Assembly (NCBI GenBank): GCA_020725925.1
Contig: DYTN01000003.1
Location: 18,591-82,590 of the forward strand
DNA: 64,000 nucleotides
DNA from: Methanobacteriota archaeon
GTDB taxonomy: Archaea > Thermoplasmatota > Thermoplasmata > UBA10834
Direction of reading: 5' to 3'
Shown here in pieces: positions 25,847 to 36,219 of this stretch. The translations under genes and the position numbers were made by a program. A model generated the notes under the pieces. The model was not told where the DNA came from. It ran no database searches and was given only the letters and a program-made list of their open reading frames with translations. Numbering within the stretch: position 1 is the first letter of the stretch; every line of letters begins with the position of its first letter.

Positions 25847-28050
25847 CTGACCTTCGCCCCGACAGGGATGTCCGAGTCGAAAACTATCTTGACCTTGTCA
25901 GGGCCGAACATCACCAATGCCTTCTCCCCGGCCACGAAAGCAGCGTACTTCCTGCCCTTCTCGGGAGCGTCGACCGCGCACTGCACCTTGCGCGAGCCGA
26001 GATCCAGGACGGCTGGGTCGACTGCGGAGATGGCTCCGACGCGTATGTCCAGCTTCTGGAACTCCTTGAAGGTCACCTGCTTCTGCCCTGGTTCCATGCC
26101 GCTTGAGATCTGCGTGCCCGCCTCCAAGTCCTTCTCTGGCGTGAGGAGGGCCAGCCTGTTGCCCTCTTCTGCTGCGAGGAGCATGCCCTCCGATTTGACG
26201 CCTCTGATCGTCGCCGGTTCCAGGTTCGTGACGATGATCAGCGTCTTGGCCTTCAGCTGCTCCGCAGAGTAGAAATCCTTGAGCCCGCTGACCATCGCAA
26301 TCGTCCTGCCTATGTCAACCTTCATGAGATAGAGCTTGTCGGCGTTCGGATGCGGCTGCACGTCGAGCACCTTGCCGACCTTGAGGTTCAACGCAGCGTA
26401 GCGCTGGAACTCGCCCGCTCCCTCGGCCTCGATCTTGGCGAACTGCGGCGCGGGCTTATCCATCTTCTCGCCCTCTTTCAACGGGAGGTCCAGGCCCTTC
26501 CAGCCGACCTCCCTAAGCGTGCCCTCCATCTTGAGCTGCTTCCATATGCTCTCCGAGCTGAAGGGCATGAAGGGATACGCGAGGACCGCCAAGGCCTTGC
26601 ATATCGTCAGGCTGACATGGAGCACGGTCCCGCACCGTGCCTTGTCCGTGCCGACGAGGGACCATGGTGCCACCGAATCGAAGTACTGGTTGCCGAACTG
26701 CGCCAGGTCCATGACGCCCTTGAGCGCTCTCCTGAACTCGCACACGGACAGCGCATCGCGGACTTCTTTCTCCGCCTCGGCAATACGAGCGATCCCGGCC
26801 TTGTCCCGGTCGTCAAGCTCACCCTTCACAGGGATCGCGCCGAAGTTCTTGAAAGTGAAAGACAGGGCCCTGTGGATGAAGTTGCCGTAGGTCGCGACGA
26901 GCTCGTTGTTCACCCTGGCGGCCATGTCCTCCCACGAGAACTCGCTGTCCTTCATCTCGGGCATGTTCGCCGCTAGGTAGAACCGGATGACATCGGGCCT
27001 GAACTTGGTGAGCATGTCGGGTATCGCTATGCTGACGCCCATGCTCTTGGAGAACTTCTGGCCCTCCAGGGTCATGAACTGGTTGGCCGGGACGTCGTAT
27101 GGCAGGTTGAGACCCTCGTAGCCAAGGAGCATCGCGGGCCAGATGATCGTGTGGAACACGATGTTGTCCTTGCCGAGGAAGTAGTAGCCCTTGCACGTGC
27201 TGTCCGTCCAGTAGTCCTTCCACTCCTCTGGCCTGCCCTCCAGCTTCGCCCACTCCTTGGAGGCCGACAGGTATCCTATGACGGCATCGAACCAGACGTA
27301 GATGCGCTTGCTCTCAAACCCCTTCACGGGGACGGGCACCCCCCACGTGATATCCCGGGTGATGGGCCTGCTAGTCAGGCCTTCCCTGAGCACGTTCAGC
27401 GTGAACGCGCGCACGTGCGGACGCCAGTGAGAGCCCGCCTCCCCGTACTTGACAAGAGCGTCCGTGAAGTCCGAGAGCTTCAGGAAGAAATGTTCGGTCT
27501 CGCGCAACTCCGGCGACCCGCCACAGATCTGGCACCGGGCGTCCAGCAGCTGGTCCGCGTTCAGGTCCTTCCCACAGGAGTCACACTGGTCCCCGCGAGC
27601 GTGCTCGTAGGAGCAGTGCGGGCATCTGCCCTCGACGTACCTGTCCGGCAGGAAGCGCTTGCAGTTCTCGCAGTAGAACTGGGGTGTCGACTTGCGTTCC
27701 AGGTGGCCCTTCTCCAAGAGCCGGAGGAACATGTCCTGTGTGACCTCCTCGTGATTCCTGGTGTGCGTGCTCGTGTAGAGGTCATACTCGAACCCCATGT
27801 CCTCGATCGCCTTCGCGTTGATCGCATGGTACCTATTCGCGATGGTCTCGGGGGACACCTTCTCCTTGTCCGCGGCGACCGTGATCGGCGCCCCGTGCAT
27901 GTCCGACCCCGAGACCATGATGACATCGTTCCCGATCATGCGGTTGAACCGGGCGAAGATGTCCGCGGGAAGAATCGAGCCGCTCACGTGGCCCACATGG
28001 ATCGCCCCGTTGGCATATGGCCACGCAACGCACACGAGAACCCTCGGCAT
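25843..28050 (-). CDS. metG: Methionyl-tRNA synthetase with C-terminal tRNA-binding (EMAP/Trbp111-like) domain
   Basis: HIGH-class motif (YANGAIHVGH), KFSKS, the Zn knuckle CPHC...CDSCG, and a C-terminal OB-fold. Start set at MPRVLV. Confidence 0.95.
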   Translation of the reverse strand: MPRVLVCVAWPYANGAIHVGHVSGSILPADIFARFNRMIGNDVIMVSGSDMHGAPITVAADKEKVSPETIANRYHAINAKAIEDMGFEYDLYTSTHTRNHEEVTQDMFLRLLEKGHLERKSTPQFYCENCKRFLPDRYVEGRCPHCSYEHARGDQCDSCGKDLNADQLLDARCQICGGSPELRETEHFFLKLSDFTDALVKYGEAGSHWRPHVRAFTLNVLREGLTSRPITRDITWGVPVPVKGFESKRIYVWFDAVIGYLSASKEWAKLEGRPEEWKDYWTDSTCKGYYFLGKDNIVFHTIIWPAMLLGYEGLNLPYDVPANQFMTLEGQKFSKSMGVSIAIPDMLTKFRPDVIRFYLAANMPEMKDSEFSWEDMAARVNNELVATYGNFIHRALSFTFKNFGAIPVKGELDDRDKAGIARIAEAEKEVRDALSVCEFRRALKGVMDLAQFGNQYFDSVAPWSLVGTDKARCGTVLHVSLTICKALAVLAYPFMPFSSESIWKQLKMEGTLREVGWKGLDLPLKEGEKMDKPAPQFAKIEAEGAGEFQRYAALNLKVGKVLDVQPHPNADKLYLMKVDIGRTIAMVSGLKDFYSAEQLKAKTLIIVTNLEPATIRGVKSEGMLLAAEEGNRLALLTPEKDLEAGTQISSGMEPGQKQVTFKEFQKLDIRVGAISAVDPAVLDLGSRKVQCAVDAPEKGRKYAAFVAGEKALVMFGPDKVKIVFDSDIPVGAKVR

Positions 28051-28164
28051 GGTGAACAGCCGCCCATCATGGAGCGTGGCCCACATAAAGCTAGCGCGAG
28101 GGACGAGGCCGCCAACGCGAGCCAGAGGCAAACGAATATCAACGATGACGGCAATCTACATCGC

Positions 28165-29667
28165 ATGGCCTCCCTGGACATCGCCAGGCTGAGGGGCGAT
28201 ATCGAGCCTTTCCAGAGCGAGCTCATGGAGGAGTTCTACAGGAACTACGCCGGGCTCAAGGACGAGATGGCGACGGTCGAGATCTACGACCGATATGCAC
28301 ACCTGTTCTCCGAGGCCGCGGTCTCTGCCGTCAAGGAGGCCATGGAGCAGTCCGAGCAGCAGGAGGACTCCCGGTGCATGAGGTACCTGAGGGCATTCAC
28401 CACCACCGGATACCTCGACAGCTCCGTGAAGGTGCTCACTGACAAGGCCAACACGTTCGAGGCCCAGTCCATCGTGGACTTGGACGGGGAGAAGATCCCG
28501 TACAGGGCGGTTCCCGTCAAGCTCAGGAACGAGCCTGACGCCGAGAAGCGGCGAAGGCTGTTCGAGGCGAAGCTGGTGGAGACCGACAAGCTCAACCTCA
28601 CGCTGATGGAGCGGATGGCCACGGTCCACAATCTCTCCGCGACGCTCGGGTTCAAGAGCTACGGGGAGCTGTGCGCCACGGTGAAGAGGATCGACTACAA
28701 GGCCCTCGAGGGACAGATGGAGGAGCTGCTGAAGAGGACCGAGAAACTGTACGTCGAGGCCATGGGCTCGGTGCTCCAGGCGCGCGCGGGCATGTCTTTG
28801 GGCGAGGCGTGGAGCTACGACATACCCTTCGCCTTCCGAGGGGACGACTTCGACAGGCATTTCCCGAAGGAGAGGCTCGTCGAGGCATTCCACACGACCC
28901 TGAAGGGGATGGGGATCGAGCCCTCGAAGTACGAGAACATCGCGGTCGACATCGAGGAGAGGCCGAAGAAGACATCCCGGGCATTCTGCGCGCCCGTGAA
29001 GGTGCCGGACGATGTCAGGCTCGTGATCATGCCGACGGGCGGCTGGAAGGACTACGAGGCTTTCTTCCACGAGGGAGGGCACGCATTCCACTTCGGGACC
29101 GCGAAGAAGTCGCTGCCGGCCGAGTACAGATACCTGGGGGACAACTCCGTCACTGAAGCATTCGCATTTCTGATGAACAGGCTCCTGAACAACTCGCTCT
29201 GGCTGAAGAAGGTCCTCGGGATGGAACAGCCGGAGGACTTCGTGAGGTTCACGCTGACCAACGAGCTGATGTTCCTGAGGAGGTACGCCGCGAAGCTCGT
29301 GTACGAGCTCAAGCTGCACCATGCGATGGTCTCCTCGGAGTACATGGAGGTCTACAGGAGCTGCCTGCAGAAGGCGCTCAGGTTCAAGCACACGGAGAAG
29401 CACTTCCTCGAGGATGTCGACGACGCGCTCTACTGCGCGGACTACCTCAGGGCATGGATCCTCGAGGCGCAGATCAGGGCGGCCCTCGTGGACGAGTTTG
29501 GGGACGAATGGTTCCTGAACGAGAAGTCGGGCGAACTTCTGAGGCAGCTGTGGTCGTACGGGCAGAAGTACACGGCCGACGAGATGGTCAAGACCCTCGG
29601 GTACGTGGATCTGGACATGGACCCGCTCGTCATGGAGATAGAGAGGGGGCTGGGCGGGTCCGGCTGA
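28165..29667 (+). CDS. M3-family oligoendopeptidase (PepF-like)
   Basis: HEGGHAFH is the HExxH zinc motif in an M3B-type context. The long ORF in the track (from 27151) is antisense to metG, so the real start is MASLDIARL. Confidence 0.75.
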   Translation: MASLDIARLRGDIEPFQSELMEEFYRNYAGLKDEMATVEIYDRYAHLFSEAAVSAVKEAMEQSEQQEDSRCMRYLRAFTTTGYLDSSVKVLTDKANTFEAQSIVDLDGEKIPYRAVPVKLRNEPDAEKRRRLFEAKLVETDKLNLTLMERMATVHNLSATLGFKSYGELCATVKRIDYKALEGQMEELLKRTEKLYVEAMGSVLQARAGMSLGEAWSYDIPFAFRGDDFDRHFPKERLVEAFHTTLKGMGIEPSKYENIAVDIEERPKKTSRAFCAPVKVPDDVRLVIMPTGGWKDYEAFFHEGGHAFHFGTAKKSLPAEYRYLGDNSVTEAFAFLMNRLLNNSLWLKKVLGMEQPEDFVRFTLTNELMFLRRYAAKLVYELKLHHAMVSSEYMEVYRSCLQKALRFKHTEKHFLEDVDDALYCADYLRAWILEAQIRAALVDEFGDEWFLNEKSGELLRQLWSYGQKYTADEMVKTLGYVDLDMDPLVMEIERGLGGSG

Positions 29668-29702
29668 TAGCTTTTTATGCGGTCCCCACCTTCCCCTGAC
29701 CG

Positions 29703-31469
29703 ATGCGCATAGCTGTCCTGTTGAAGGACCGTTGCCAGCCCAAGAAGTGCAACCTGGAATGCATCCACTACTGCCCTCCCGTGAGGACCGGTGTGGAGAC
29801 GATCGCGGTCGGCGAGAAGGGCAGGCCCGTGATCGCCGAGAGCCTGTGCGTGGGCTGCGGCATCTGCGTCCACAAGTGCCCGTTCGAGGCGATCAAGATC
29901 ATAGGCTTGCCGCAGGAGCTCGAGGGCGAGCTCGTGCACCAGTACGGCAAGAACTCGTTCAGGCTCTACAGGCTGCCCGTCCCGAAGAAGGGCCAGGTCG
30001 TGGGCCTCCTTGGACCGAACGGCATCGGCAAGACCACGGCAGTGTCCATCCTTTCCGGCGAGATAGTGCCCAACCTCGGCGATTACGACAGCCCCGGCGA
30101 TTGGCGGAAGGTCCTGGAGAGATACGCGGGCACGGAGATCCGCGACTACTTCGCCGCTGTCGCGGCCGGTAGGCTGAGGACTGCGACGAAGCCCCAGTAC
30201 GTGGACAAGCTCCCGGCCGTCCACAAGGGCCAGGTCAGGCTCCTCCTGAAAAAGGTCGACGACGGCGGGAGACTCGACGAGGTCTCCGACAAGCTCGCGA
30301 TCTCCGGGGTGCTGACGCACGACATAGCGAAGCTCTCGGGCGGGGAGCTGCAACGGGTCGCCATCGCCGCGACGCTCCTCAAGGACGCGGACGTCTACTT
30401 CTTCGACGAGCCGTCATCGTACCTCGACATCTACCAGCGGCTCGAGATTGCGAAGGTCATCCAGGAGCTCAGCGAGAGAAAGCAGGTCATGGTGATAGAG
30501 CACGACCTCGCGGTCATGGACTTCCTGGCGGACCTCGTGCACATCATGTATGGCGAGGAAGGCGCGTACGGCGTGATGGCACAACCCAGGGCCGTGAGGA
30601 CGGCCATCAACGTCTACTTGGACGGCTACCTGCGCGAGGAGAACATACGCTTCAGGGACACCCACATCACCTTTGAGAAGCGCCCTCCGAGGAGCGACTG
30701 GCAATCCGAGGTGCTCGTCAAGTTCCCCGCGCTGACCAAGCGCCTCAAGACCTTCAAGCTCAAGGTCGAGCAGGGGGCGATCAGGAAAGGCGAGGTCGTG
30801 GGAGCCGTCGGCCCCAACGCCACTGGGAAGACGACCTTCGTGAAGCTCCTGGCCGGGGAGATCGAGCCAACTGCAGGCGAGTTCAAGGGCGAGGCGTCCG
30901 TCAGCTACAAGCCCCAGTACATCAAGCCCGACTTCGAGGGCACCGTCAGGGAGATGCTGATGGCGACCGTCGGGAAGGACTTCGAGTCGGGGTTCTTCCA
31001 GTCCGAGGTGGCACACCCGCTCAACCTGAAGTATCTGATGGAAAAGGATGTGCAGACGCTCTCGGGGGGCGAGCTGCAACGGGTCGCGATAGCCGAGTGC
31101 CTGGGCAGGACCGCGGACATCTACCTCATGGACGAGCCCTCGGCCTATCTGGACTCGAACCAGCGGATGATAGCCTCGAGAACGATCAGGAGGGCCATCG
31201 AGAAGATCGGCAGGTCCGCCCTGATAGTGGACCATGACGTGTACATGATAGACCTCATATCCGACTCGCTGATGGTGTTCTCGGGGGAGCCTTCGGTCCA
31301 TGGTCTTGCGGAGGGCCCGATGGACATGCGCCAGGGCATGAACAGGTTCCTGAGGGACGTCGAGATCACCTTCAGGAGGGACCAGGACTCCGGCAGGCCA
31401 AGGATAAACAAGAAGGACTCGAGGCTGGATAGGGAGCAGAAATCGAGGGGCGAGTACTACTACGGCTGA
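29703..31469 (+). CDS. abcE1: ABCE1/Rli1 ribosome-recycling ATPase
   Basis: N-terminal FeS domain (CQPKKCNLECIHYCP; CVGCGICVHKCP) and twin ABC cassettes. Confidence 0.95.
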   Translation: MRIAVLLKDRCQPKKCNLECIHYCPPVRTGVETIAVGEKGRPVIAESLCVGCGICVHKCPFEAIKIIGLPQELEGELVHQYGKNSFRLYRLPVPKKGQVVGLLGPNGIGKTTAVSILSGEIVPNLGDYDSPGDWRKVLERYAGTEIRDYFAAVAAGRLRTATKPQYVDKLPAVHKGQVRLLLKKVDDGGRLDEVSDKLAISGVLTHDIAKLSGGELQRVAIAATLLKDADVYFFDEPSSYLDIYQRLEIAKVIQELSERKQVMVIEHDLAVMDFLADLVHIMYGEEGAYGVMAQPRAVRTAINVYLDGYLREENIRFRDTHITFEKRPPRSDWQSEVLVKFPALTKRLKTFKLKVEQGAIRKGEVVGAVGPNATGKTTFVKLLAGEIEPTAGEFKGEASVSYKPQYIKPDFEGTVREMLMATVGKDFESGFFQSEVAHPLNLKYLMEKDVQTLSGGELQRVAIAECLGRTADIYLMDEPSAYLDSNQRMIASRTIRRAIEKIGRSALIVDHDVYMIDLISDSLMVFSGEPSVHGLAEGPMDMRQGMNRFLRDVEITFRRDQDSGRPRINKKDSRLDREQKSRGEYYYG

Positions 31470-32086
31470 GCCTGCTTCGAGTTCTCCTGCCTGATCTTGT
31501 AGATGTACCATGCCACCAAGGCTATGACAGCAGCAATGACGACGATGTCCAGCCCGCGGAACACATCCACGATGGATTCCCACTCCGGCCCCAGCCAGTA
31601 ACCGACGTAGGCGAGCATGAGGGTCCAGGGTACCGACCCGACGAAGCTGTAGAAGACGAACTTTTTGAACTTCATCTTGGCGATGCCCGCAGGAAGCGAT
31701 ATCACCGTTCTTATGACAGGCAGGAGGCGAGCGATGAACGTGGCCTTGTCGCCCCACTTCTCGAACCATCTTTCTGCCATCACAAGGTGCTTCTCTCGAA
31801 TGAGGATGTACTTGCCGTACCTGAGTATCAGCGGCCGACCCGCATAGAAGCCTACGGCATACGCCGCGATTGATCCGAGCGTGCATCCGATAGAGCCAGC
31901 GACGGTGATTCCGAGTAGGCTCATCTCGCCGTCCCTGTAGACGAGGTACCCTGCGAAGGGCATCACGATCTCGCTCGGCACGGGCATGCAGGCGCTCTCG
32001 AGGGCCATCAGGAAGACGATGCCGCCGTAGCCGAACTCGGAGATCCAATCGAGTATGAGGTTCGTGCCCCACTCGATTATGTTCAT
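31460..32086 (-). CDS. DedA/SNARE-associated family membrane protein
   Basis: DedA consensus (G..GIVFLMALESACMPVPSE...RLLPVIRTVISLPAG). Confidence 0.82.
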   Translation of the reverse strand: MNIIEWGTNLILDWISEFGYGGIVFLMALESACMPVPSEIVMPFAGYLVYRDGEMSLLGITVAGSIGCTLGSIAAYAVGFYAGRPLILRYGKYILIREKHLVMAERWFEKWGDKATFIARLLPVIRTVISLPAGIAKMKFKKFVFYSFVGSVPWTLMLAYVGYWLGPEWESIVDVFRGLDIVVIAAVIALVAWYIYKIRQENSKQAQP

Positions 32087-32207
32087 TGGGGGTCGGTAAC
32101 CGTGGGTATCGTAAAAAGCCTTGCGTGCTCAGCCGGCGGACGAAGCCAGGCAGAGGCGAAACACCGCTTGGAAGCATATTTGTAGTCTGCTCCTTCATCA
32201 CAGCCCG

Positions 32208-33098
32208 ATGAGGCCAGCGCAGGTGCTGCAGAGCTACTCAGCGATGATGGCCCTCGGGCTCGTGCTGGGCCTGCTCACGGGCGGGCTGCCGGCATACACC
32301 AAGGAGGTCTCGATGGCCTCGCTCGCCCTTCTGATGACCTTGTCCCTTTCGACAGTCAAGCTGGGCGAGGCGCATTCCCGGGAGCACATCGAGCATTCCG
32401 CGAAGGCGCTCCTCCTCAACTACGGTATGCTCTCCGCGCTGATACTCGCCATCGGAGTGTTCTTCGAGCGGGAGTATTGGTGGGGTTGGGCGCTGATGGC
32501 TGCAGCGCCGTCCGCGGTCTCCGTCGTACCCTTCACGAGCATCCTTGGCGGGGAGACCTCGAAGGCCCTCTTCTCGACGGCAGCCAACTACGTCGTTGCG
32601 CTAGCGGCAATGCCTCTGATCACCCTCGCCGTCATCGGCTCCGCAGTGTCCGTCAACAGCCTCGTGTACTCGCTCCTGCTGCTGATCGTCCTGCCGATGG
32701 CCGCCTCTCGCCTCGTGATGAGGTTGGAGGTCAACAAGGCCGCGAGCACGGCGTTCATGAACATGTCGTTCGCGGTGCTCATCTTCGCTGTGACAGGGGC
32801 GAACCGAGACGCCTTCGTGGCAGATCCGAGCGTTGTTCTGCTCATATCCGTAGGCTGCTTGATCAGGACCTTCGGGATAGGCATGGCGACCGAATTCGGG
32901 CTCAGGAGGGTCTCGGTCGCAAAGCCCGCCAGAATATCCTATATCCTGTTCGCGAGCTACAAGAACCTCGGACTCACGGCGACCCTAGCCATCGCGCTCT
33001 TCGAGCCTGCCGTCGCCGTCCCCGCGACGATATGCATCGTCTTCGAGGTCGTGTGGATCATGTTCCTGCTCAGGTACTACCCAACCGTGCGCGGATAG
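32208..33098 (+). CDS. Multi-TM transporter (BASS/AEC-like fold, family uncertain)
   Basis: About 10 TM helices. The start is uncertain; the track ORF begins at 32121. Confidence 0.4.
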   Translation: MRPAQVLQSYSAMMALGLVLGLLTGGLPAYTKEVSMASLALLMTLSLSTVKLGEAHSREHIEHSAKALLLNYGMLSALILAIGVFFEREYWWGWALMAAAPSAVSVVPFTSILGGETSKALFSTAANYVVALAAMPLITLAVIGSAVSVNSLVYSLLLLIVLPMAASRLVMRLEVNKAASTAFMNMSFAVLIFAVTGANRDAFVADPSVVLLISVGCLIRTFGIGMATEFGLRRVSVAKPARISYILFASYKNLGLTATLAIALFEPAVAVPATICIVFEVVWIMFLLRYYPTVRG

Positions 33099-33594
33099 CT
33101 CGGCCTGTTCCTGAGGCGAACGACCCCACGCGCGAACGGCAGACGCTCATGAACCCCTTGAAATCGCCTTCCGGCTGCAGCGACAGCCAATTTCGGTATG
33201 CGACGAAGACAATCCCGACGGACAATCCTGCAAGGAGCACCGACTCGACCACCGCTGATTGCTCGATCGTCCAGTTCTGTAGGTAGTCCCCTGCCACGTG
33301 GACAGACCAGAACAGAAGCGGGATCATGAACCTCCACCCGATGGCCAACGGGGCGACGACAAACCCCCCGACGGGGTAGTGGAACAGCGATTTCCAGGGC
33401 AGCCCGGACTCGTCGTCCCAGCTTGGACGCAGGATTGCGTCCCAGCCGTTGTCCGCTATGTACCTCGGCGCTGCGAACGCGTGGTCGAGGTCCACCGCCA
33501 CCCCGAAGGTGAGGGCGACGAACCATTCGTCCCTGTTCATGTTGAGCAGCATGCCCAATAGGACGGCCGCCGCGAGATGGGTTATGGTGAGCAA
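33070..33594 (-). CDS. YdjM-like membrane-bound metal-dependent hydrolase family protein
   Basis: N-terminal TM helices plus a DLDH motif. Confidence 0.5.
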   Translation of the reverse strand: MLTITHLAAAVLLGMLLNMNRDEWFVALTFGVAVDLDHAFAAPRYIADNGWDAILRPSWDDESGLPWKSLFHYPVGGFVVAPLAIGWRFMIPLLFWSVHVAGDYLQNWTIEQSAVVESVLLAGLSVGIVFVAYRNWLSLQPEGDFKGFMSVCRSRVGSFASGTGRAIRARLGST

Positions 33595-33775
33595 TCTATC
33601 GCCCTGGGAGTCCTCCCGAGGGACTCCTGAGGACAGCTACGTCCTAGCGCATATCTCTCGGTTTCGCTCAGGACGTCGCAGGGGCGTTAATAACACACGA
33701 TTTGCCAGGACCGGCCGTTATTAAGGTTGGCGATGAACTTATTAACGACGCAGCGGCTGGTCTAGACGATCTCGA

Positions 33776-34474
33776 ATGGCCCACATACACCTGGAGGACG
33801 GGGCGTTCACCATCTTTTGGGTCTTGGTCTGGACCTTGATCGCAGCTGGCCTGCTTTCGATTCCCCTGTACAGGCTTGGGGGCGTGAGGATACCCACCCG
33901 GAAGCTGGCAATCGCGGCGATGTGCGTCGCTGTCGGCTTCGCGATATTCCAGGTCGAGGTGCCCGTCCTCGGGGGCGTGCACATCAACCTCACCCCCCTC
34001 ATGGGGATCCTGATCGGACCGTCCCTCGGGAGCCTGGCCGTCCTTGTCATCAACATGTTCAGCGCGGCGGTCGGGCACGGGGGATGGGGCATGATCGGTG
34101 CGAACACGATCGTGAACCTGATCGAGGTCCTCATAGGGTACTACGCCTACAGATTCATGAGGACCAGCCTCAAGGCAGGCAGGTTCTCCTCGGGGTTCTG
34201 GACGACATCGCTCGCCCTGACCATCAGCGCTGTGGCGGTCGTCGGGATCGTCACGGCCTCCGAAATCCAGGACTCAGAACAGACCAGGGCGCAGACCTTC
34301 TCGAACATGCTCGTGATAGCCGCGGCGAACATCGTCACTGGGGTTGTAGAGGGCTTCGTGACGGGGTACATCGTTGGGTTCATTGGCAAGGTCCGACCTG
34401 ACCTTCTCGAGGACGCTGAGGGCGTCGGAAGGGAGGCGGAATCGACGACGACGGGGGCTGCTACGGATGTCTAG
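33776..34474 (+). CDS. cbiM: ECF transporter substrate-specific component CbiM/NikM
   Basis: MAHIHLEDGAF N-terminus (CbiM MHIMEG-type) and 6 TM helices. Confidence 0.82.
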   Translation: MAHIHLEDGAFTIFWVLVWTLIAAGLLSIPLYRLGGVRIPTRKLAIAAMCVAVGFAIFQVEVPVLGGVHINLTPLMGILIGPSLGSLAVLVINMFSAAVGHGGWGMIGANTIVNLIEVLIGYYAYRFMRTSLKAGRFSSGFWTTSLALTISAVAVVGIVTASEIQDSEQTRAQTFSNMLVIAAANIVTGVVEGFVTGYIVGFIGKVRPDLLEDAEGVGREAESTTTGAATDV

Positions 34475-35294
34475 GCGGTCCTATTCGAGGCACATCCCGG
34501 ACTTCAGGCTCGTCACCTACTACGGGGAGTCCGCGAGGAGCGCAGTCCACGGCGTCAACCCGTGGACGAAGGCCGCCCTTCTGGTCATCGTCGTCCTGTT
34601 CGTGATAATCCTGATGGACTTGGAACTCCTCCTCGCCCTGTTCGCCCTGACGCTGGCGTTCTACTTCGCGGGAAGACTGCCTATGGCCCTTCTCATCGGA
34701 TGGTACTCCCTCCCGGTGCTGTTCGTGCTCACCCTGACGATCATGTTCATGTTCACGGAGCCCGGGAACCCCCTCGTGAGCTTCACGGTCCTGGACACCA
34801 GGATCGCCCTCACGGACAACGGAGTCATGCTCTTCATCAAGCTGCTTCTCAGGGCGCTGATCGTCGTGACCTTCTCCCTTGGGGTCCTCATGACCACCAA
34901 GTACTCGCACATCGCGAGCATGGCGAGCGGGGTGCTGCCAAGGCCTCTCGCGAACATATTCCTCCTGTCATACAGGTTCACATTCGAGACCTCGGACGAG
35001 ATCTCAGACGTGCTCGACGCGATGCATGCGAGGAACGGGGACCTTGTCAAGGGCGTCTCAAAACAGACCCGCCTGTTCGCGGGCATATTCGGCCTCGCGT
35101 TCGTCCACGCATTCGAGCGGGCGGAGAGGATAGCGAAGGCGATGGAGGCCAGGGGCTTCACGGGCCAGTTCCCCACGGCGGAGCGGCTCCCGGGGCCGAC
35201 ATACGCCGGATACGGCGCGATCACCCTCGCCGCGGCGGTCCTCGCCGTTGCGACATATTCAAGGTACTTCAGCGGAACGATAGGATGGTGGTGA
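34467..35294 (+). CDS. cbiQ: ECF transporter transmembrane (T) component CbiQ
   Basis: CbiQ-like TM profile with the ARG/ERAERIAKAMEARG C-terminal coupling motif. The ATG overlaps the cbiM stop. Confidence 0.72.
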   Translation: MSRRSYSRHIPDFRLVTYYGESARSAVHGVNPWTKAALLVIVVLFVIILMDLELLLALFALTLAFYFAGRLPMALLIGWYSLPVLFVLTLTIMFMFTEPGNPLVSFTVLDTRIALTDNGVMLFIKLLLRALIVVTFSLGVLMTTKYSHIASMASGVLPRPLANIFLLSYRFTFETSDEISDVLDAMHARNGDLVKGVSKQTRLFAGIFGLAFVHAFERAERIAKAMEARGFTGQFPTAERLPGPTYAGYGAITLAAAVLAVATYSRYFSGTIGWW

Positions 35295-35295
35295 G

Positions 35296-36168
35296 ATGGC
35301 ATCAGATGATGCGTATGTGAAGTGTCCCCCAGGGGGAGAGGATTCGATCGTGCACGTAGACTGCGTGTCCCACAGGTACCCGGACGGCACCGAGGGAATA
35401 CACAACATGTGCTTCAGGGTGTTCGCCAAGGAAATAGTCGCCCTCTGCGGCCCCAACGGCTCTGGCAAATCGACCCTGATCGAGCACATCAACGGGCTCA
35501 TGCTCCCGGACGTCGGGAGGGTCAGGGTGTTCGGCCTGGACATCGACAGGAGGAACCTGTCCGAGATACGCAAGATGGTCGGGCTGGTCTTCCAGGACGC
35601 GGACTCGCAGCTCTTCTCGCCGACAGTCCTCGAGGACGTGATGTTCGGGCCTCTGAACCTCGGCATGTCCGTCGACGAGGCCAGGAGGCGGGCAGAGTGG
35701 GCGCTCGGGGTCGTTGGCATCAAGGAGGTCAACAAGATCCCGCACTACCTGAGCGGGGGGCAGCAGAGGTTGGTGGCGATCGCAGGCGTGCTCGCGATGG
35801 AACCCAGGATACTCGTCGTCGACGAGCCGACGGGCGATCTTGACCCTTCGAACGCGCTCAGGATCGAGGCGCTGCTGCGGTCGCTCAGGGACGAGCACGG
35901 GATCAGCGTGGTCGTGGCGCTCCACGACATGGACATGGCAGCGAGACTCGCCGACAGGATATGCATCGTCCAGGGAGGGACGGTTGTCGCGGAGGGCAAG
36001 CCCGAGGACATACTATATGACGAGGAGCTGCTCAGGTCGGCTGGGCTGGAGCTCCCGGCTGTCGCAAGACTCTATTTCGACCTCGGGCTGGACAAACGCG
36101 GCGCGAGGAGGCCTCTGTCCCTGAGAGACCTCGTCTCGCTGATGAGGGAGCACGGGCTCGTCAGGTGA
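35296..36168 (+). CDS. cbiO: ECF transporter ATPase CbiO/EcfA
   Basis: Walker A GPNGSGKST, LSGGQQRLVAIAG, Walker B ILVVDEPTGDLD. Confidence 0.9.
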   Translation: MASDDAYVKCPPGGEDSIVHVDCVSHRYPDGTEGIHNMCFRVFAKEIVALCGPNGSGKSTLIEHINGLMLPDVGRVRVFGLDIDRRNLSEIRKMVGLVFQDADSQLFSPTVLEDVMFGPLNLGMSVDEARRRAEWALGVVGIKEVNKIPHYLSGGQQRLVAIAGVLAMEPRILVVDEPTGDLDPSNALRIEALLRSLRDEHGISVVVALHDMDMAARLADRICIVQGGTVVAEGKPEDILYDEELLRSAGLELPAVARLYFDLGLDKRGARRPLSLRDLVSLMREHGLVR

Positions 36169-36219
36169 AGGGAGAAAGAACAGCTGAAGGGGTTTCCTCG
36201 GGTTTCCGTCACTGGCTGA

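Noticed and set aside
27151-29403. 838-aa ORF starting at 27151, and the 415-aa minus ORF at 28156-29403
   Set aside because: The first 338 codons of the plus ORF are antisense to metG and low complexity. Only the portion from MASLDIARL (about 28165) is the real M3 peptidase. The minus ORF is antisense to that peptidase.
30414-32201. 595-aa minus-strand ORF overlapping abcE1 and the DedA gene
   Set aside because: It is antisense to two well-supported genes, has extreme Arg/His/Pro bias, and lacks motifs.
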